A stretch of 63,543 nucleotides of DNA, the filler included, from Craspedostauros australis (taxonomy: Eukaryota): NCBI GenBank assembly GCA_030167865.1. It is 16 parts of 16 records of this genome, joined end to end, with 100 filler letters (N's around TTAATTAATTAA, not from the genome) between each part and the next. Parts side by side here need not be neighbours in the genome. Positions count along the whole stretch, not along the records: positions 58,053 to 60,240 come from JALAGF010003189.1; positions 60,341 to 62,050 come from JALAGF010003190.1; positions 62,151 to 63,543 come from JALAGF010003192.1; 13 more parts are not named here. One strand, written 5' to 3'. The notes under the pieces are model-generated. The model saw only the letters and a list, made by a program, of their open reading frames with translations, had not been told where the DNA came from and did not search any database. Below, piece by piece: positions 58,517 to 63,543 of the stretch. The stretch's first letter is position 1; every line of letters starts with the position of its first letter. Both the position numbers and the translations under genes were made by a program.

Positions 58517-58722
58517 CTTTGCTTTTGCTGTCCCCTTGTGATTTCTCGATAGTGCTCTTTCAATGAACGAAGAACATCTCAAGAACAATCCTCTTCTTCT
58601 TCATCTCTCATGTTTGTTGCTGAGGTTGTGGAATGGCGAAGGTGTGGATTGGCAGACAAATGGCAAGGACCTTCAAATCATGCAGATGCTCCTGCAAATA
58701 TTCATACTTACACCTCCTCACC

Positions 58723-59015
58723 TGTTGGCAAGTTCTGTGATTGGAAGCCTACGATCGTGGAAGATGGTGTTGGTTGATAGTCCTTCGATTGCTATTTCAT
58801 TACCTGGCACTCCAATCCTCTTGGTGTCCGTTCTCTTGCCTGATACTCTTGGCGCGTTTATCTGTTTCATAGGTTCAGTCTCCAACTATGAGTTGGTGTG
58901 CGAGATACTCTCTCGGTACTCTTCGTATTCTCTCTCTCAATATTGTGTGCTTGTGCTACGCAATACTCCGTGTTCGATGCATACTCCGCATTTGACACTC
59001 TGTTCATTCACTACT
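58723..59015 (+). repeat. LTR-like dispersed repeat, copy 2 (see 33151)
   Basis: Begins TGTTGGCAAGTTC and is colinear with 33151-33449. Confidence 0.7.
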
Positions 59016-60384
59016 GGTTCCTACTCCATGAGTACTTACCATTTGAACTTCACCTTCAGTAGCCATGATGTTGATCCTCTTCGGTCATCGGATCTTCGCC
59101 TCCTGCTCTGACTTGGAGACAGATGTCGACGTGGTGACATGATGACATCCTGTCGACGTCAGTAGGCGTCCTTCTGCTCTCCAGATGTCACATTCCATTG
59201 GTGATGCAGTAGTCTGTCAGATGATATCCATGGTGAATTTTTGGTGCCTTTGAAGGCACTTTCTCTAGCGGAGGTGCTTTTGAAAGCACTTTTCGGGCCT
59301 CTCAGGAGGGGTCCAAATGACAAAAAAACAGACCCCAACGCAAACATGACACCCCACTGCGTCAAAACAACACGGTTTTTGCTCCACGTGATACATACGG
59401 ACGTTGCATCCGCAAATATGCTTCTGGTTGCTGTGCATTACAGACTAGTGCCAAAATTGCACCACATGCACACACAGCACTTGATGTGAGCATGAATAAT
59501 ACACCAATACCTCTCCTTCAACACTAGCTGATCTATACTTCTCCTTTGCATGTTGGAAATCCGGGGTATAGATATAGTCTAATGCTTATTAAACTGTACC
59601 GTTTTAGAACTGTGAGAACAACACACTCATTTCTCAAACCGTCGACTCGTTTGCCCATGATGATGCTGGTGGCCTCCTGTAGTTGCCCCCTCACAATCAT
59701 CATTACAGACTCTCTCCGTCATGCACATTTCATTGCTCATGTCAAGTGCATTTCATCATGCTTGCCTGTTGAGATAGCCGTCTACACTCCTGAGGTGCAT
59801 GCATGCCGATGCTTGATTCACTCTCTTCTCATCAGGCATCCATCACTCATTCAGTACACTCTTCCGTGTTGTTCACTCACTCTTCTCACATGTTCACCGA
59901 CAATCACACTTGCTCAGAACATGGAGTTCTGGCACGATCAGTCCAGTCCTTCGATGCTGTTCCAGTCCGCGCTTTGTTCTCCTTCGCTGGTTCTCTGTCG
60001 GTCACGTAATCATGTTCTGGGTTCCGAGCGACTCAACCGTGATAGCGTTTTCGCATAGATGTTTCAAGTTAACCGGTCATCCCTCATGCTTGGAACACTT
60101 CGGTGTTCCAGTCTCCCTTTCACATCCATCGTTCGCCATGCCAGTTCGTCAATCCCCTCAAACCATGTCTCACGATTAGTCTGTCCGTCGTCCGTCATAC
60201 TCTTGACACACAGAGGAGGAGGTCCACAATAGACTTGGGANNNNNNNNNNNNNNNNNNNNNNNNNNNNNNNNNNNNNNNNNNNNTTAATTAATTAANNNN
60301 NNNNNNNNNNNNNNNNNNNNNNNNNNNNNNNNNNNNNNNNTACTTGCTTCGCCTCGCGGCGCACTCTCCTCGTGCCTTGAATAG

Positions 60385-61883
60385 GCTCGATTGACTTGGT
60401 ACTTCTCGATGGCACTTACCGAGGACGAAGAAACTCAGAAGAATGGCATTGTGTTCGTTGGCTATGGTATCGATTTCGTGCCATCCCTGGACGCCGACGA
60501 ACGCAATGTTTGGTGGGGTGCTTGTGCTGTGGCAAATGCAGTTCCGTTCCGCATCGCAAGTTTCCACTGCTGCTTCAACCATCCAGTTCTAAAGCCCTTG
60601 ATATCGTTGATCACCATGGGGCTCCCAACTGATGCGCGATGTCGCATGAGGATGCATTATGGTACGTGGCGTGCTTGCCTTGTTTGGGGAATTTTGCGGG
60701 TGGATAGGTGCATTGGTACATGTATGCGTGTGTACATGTGCGCATCGAGGCGTCTGCGCGGGCAACTTCGCTCGATGTACCGTGGTTGTAGCGAATACTT
60801 GTACTCCTGACAGAGAGCAGGGCCATCCCATGGCAATGATGGCTTCAGCCGTATTGGCAACGGCAATGGCAACCATAGTATCCGTCGCAAAACCGTTCCG
60901 GAGTAGATCTCCAGTATCCACGAGTACCAAAATCTTCGCCATCTCACATGTCTCTGCTTGTTTTTGCCGTTGGCATATTCAAATGAACGCATCGGTGCGT
61001 GCGATGTGTGCGATGTGTGCGATGTGTGCGATGCATGATGATACGTGCCTGCTGTATGGCACATATTCCCGTATCATTCATGGCACTGGATCATGGTTGC
61101 AACCACGAATGTACTTTCTTGTACACACTTCCCCATCCGTGCCGATGGCTCGCAGGCACGCATCAGGAAGTGCACTACATCCTAATGTCATTCGGGTTGC
61201 CTGTCCGGTCGTTCCCGGTGACCACGCGTGGTGAATGGAAGAAGGGTGGTTTCTTCAAATGGATCGCCCGCCGAAAGCTCCGGGATCAAGATCCGGAGAA
61301 GTACCGAAACACTGTCGAAGTTCCGTCGCTTTGCGATGTCCTGTTAGGGCGCGGCAAGCCGTTCCAAGGTCATCCCGGAAACCGCCGGTTGCACGATATC
61401 TTGGCTGCTCATTACGATGAATACAACAACGGAGGGCGGAAGGAGAAGACGGAGCTGGCAGAGAAGATTGTGAAGCTGGTGAAGGCCACCCCTGCGAAGT
61501 TTCTGAGGCGTGATGAAGATGAAATGTGGGTGACTGCTTCCGACGAGGCCGCACGAGAGAAAGTATCTCACGGGTTTCGACGCAAGCGGGAATTGGAAAA
61601 GACCATCCAGGCGCAAACCTATCTATCAGACGGTGATGGTAGCGGTATAAGTGGCACAGGTGCATCTGTTTCTGGATCCGCCGTGGCAGCGGTCATGAGA
61701 AACCGAGTTGGCAGTGGAGGTTGCAGCATCGGTAGCACCACGACAGACATGAGGAAGGATGGATCCGGGTCTGATGACAGCGACGGCGAGACGACGGTCA
61801 CGCGAATGGGAGTCGCCTGGCCTCCGAGACGGAAACGCACGAAGATGTGTGACACTTCGTCTGCTTGCAAGGGTTGCAAGTGA
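60385..61883 (+). CDS. DUF6824-domain protein with an upstream CRAL-TRIO-like region; 5'-truncated; exons 60385-60661 and 61156-61883
   Basis: ALTEDEETQKNGIVFV...PFRIASFHCC...RMRMHYG|THQEVHYILMSFGLP is joined by a GT-AG intron (60662-61155). It is followed by DVLLGRGKPFQGHPGNRRL...EKTELAEKIVKLV...KFL...W...AREKVSHGFR, the diatom-expanded DUF6824 motif. Confidence 0.85.
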
Positions 61884-62522
61884 GCACTTGAGGTGGGCGT
61901 TACTCCAGAACTTCGGATGTTGTTAAGGCGGCACATCGCGGTATCAATCGTACTCTGCCAGCAGCACGAGGTGCTCCACTTGAGGCACTCCACACCAGTT
62001 GTCAATGTCAACGATCTAATCACTGTAATAGACAACGCTCCTATCAAATTNNNNNNNNNNNNNNNNNNNNNNNNNNNNNNNNNNNNNNNNNNNNTTAATT
62101 AATTAANNNNNNNNNNNNNNNNNNNNNNNNNNNNNNNNNNNNNNNNNNNNTGTATGACAATGCGTGTGGGTTGTGTAGCCCAAGTACCGTGGGTCGAGAT
62201 CCGTCGTCTGGGTTCTGTGAGAGACAATGGGCGATGATGCTCGTTGTTGTGGCTTTGGTTCCGTGCATCGGCGATTTGGTGATGGTGGGTGTCAGAAACT
62301 TGGTTATTGGAACCCCATTGGTTCCCTGACATGAATTCCGAAGATCCGCTTCAAGGTTCTGGATCTGTCTCCAAACGTGGGGTTCGGCGACGTGTCCGTT
62401 CGATCTACTGGAATGCTGACAAGTCGGATGATTCGTAGTCTCTCTCGCTAAGGTGGTTACTAGTTTAGCTCTATTAGAAACTGAATCCGCCAAGGCTCCT
62501 GGAGTTCCGTGACAACGTATAC

Positions 62523-62789
62523 GTGGCGCTGGTGGCCTTGCAGGCCCAAGGCCTCATTGATACAGAGGTGAACATCCAAGACAAATACGGATTTGACAGC
62601 TCAGCTTGCAGAGGGTCCACTTCTCATGCAATCAACATGGGTGTTCCAAGAGATATCATCATGGCAAACAACAGATGGCGAACCGAAGCCAACTCAGTCT
62701 CCGGAAACCCAAGACTGGACATGGTGGACACCTACTCAGCACTGGAGTCCCTGCTTCCCGCAGTATTGGAGTGCTTGAAGCAGGTGTGA
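62523..62789 (+). pseudogene. Possible relic of a tyrosine-recombinase C-terminus from a YR-type mobile element
   Basis: KYGFDSSACRGSTSHAINMGVPRDIIMANNRWR resembles the YR box II pattern (S-x-R-R-G...A...GV...I...RW). The expected Arg appears as Cys, consistent with CpG decay. Confidence 0.45.
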
Positions 62790-63543
62790 TACATCTTCAG
62801 GGATAACGAGGGGGGAGAGAATGGCTCCATTGTGCCAGCACACATACTGCCACAGTGGAGCTGATTCAAGCTAGGTGCCATCATCTTCGCCCACCCAATA
62901 TTGACCAAAAAAGGATAACCATGGGAACTTGATGCTGTCGTTCCAAATGTCCAATCCAGGAAAACATATGGGCATGTATCTGGAATTGAACTGCATGTTC
63001 TTCCACACGTTGCGAAGCTCTGCCTGCCACCAATGGCGCAAGGATTCGGTCGACTGACTGTCGGCCAGTCCACAACTACCCCCCACATTAGCACTTCAAT
63101 AGAGTAGAGTAATAAGTATACTCCTACGTATTGACGTACCACCGTGTGTCAATGTGAAGGAAGCTGCACAGGTTCCAATGAACACACAGGATGACCAGAC
63201 ATGGTTGTTCCTCATACTTCTTACCTTGGTTGTCACTCTTCCGTGATGTTCTCAATCACATACCGTTTGGTGCAGCCGGAACCGGACAATCCATCCTCCT
63301 GAAGTGAACCAGTCGCACCCTCCATGCCAAATTCGCAATCACGCATCACACTCTTGTTCACCCCACCAATCCGGCATAGTCGTACGGCACAGAGGGACGT
63401 CAACCAATCTACTCACACATAGAAGGTCATACCAACTCGAAGGCCTGACCTTGCGTTGGATCCAACAGGTTAGATCTCTCTATTGCAATCAACACAAACC
63501 AAGCGTGGACGTCACGGATGCAAAAATGTCATTGAACTCGAAC

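Larger units (their letters stand above)
12503..62150. other. 15 artificial contig-joining linkers (N44-TTAATTAATTAA-N44)
   Basis: An identical 100-nt spacer, with stops in all six frames, has its 12-mer starting at 12547, 14108, 15450, 16961, 18617, 29428, 33494, 34690, 37453, 48104, 53123, 55526, 57997, 60285 and 62095. Confidence 0.98.

Noticed and set aside
12503..62150. Regularly recurring TTAATTAATTAA palindrome as a biological repeat or CRISPR-like array
   Set aside because: It is always centred in 44+44 Ns and is a synthetic six-frame-stop contig linker.

Overview
This is eukaryotic DNA from a diatom, probably a pennate. The evidence is silicon-transporter fragments, a diatom-type Ty1/copia (CoDi) element, an Ambal-like non-LTR retrotransposon, a DUF6824 protein and GT-AG introns. 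The window is not one continuous locus: 15 artificial N44-TTAATTAATTAA-N44 linkers join 16 contigs, so adjacency across a linker means nothing. Host genes are two tandem type-II membrane receptor-like genes (one with an LRR ectodomain, one with six Cys-rich repeats), an RVxF-motif protein, a sulfotransferase-like protein, a SnoaL/NTF2-like protein, SIT N- and C-terminal fragments, SPO11-2, a NodZ-like fucosyltransferase, a signal-peptide UBA-Trx-PUB-UBX protein (sPUB-like, SELMA), a twin U-box protein, an ABCC transporter and a CRAL-TRIO-like/DUF6824 protein. Mobile DNA includes an Ambal-like RT-RNase H element abutting a CpG-mutated CoDi element, two further copia fragments, LTR-like and MITE-like repeats, a 1.8-kb fold-back with arm-specific covarying motifs, a tRNA-like remnant and a possible tyrosine-recombinase relic. 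All family assignments come from recognising motifs by eye; no database searches were run.
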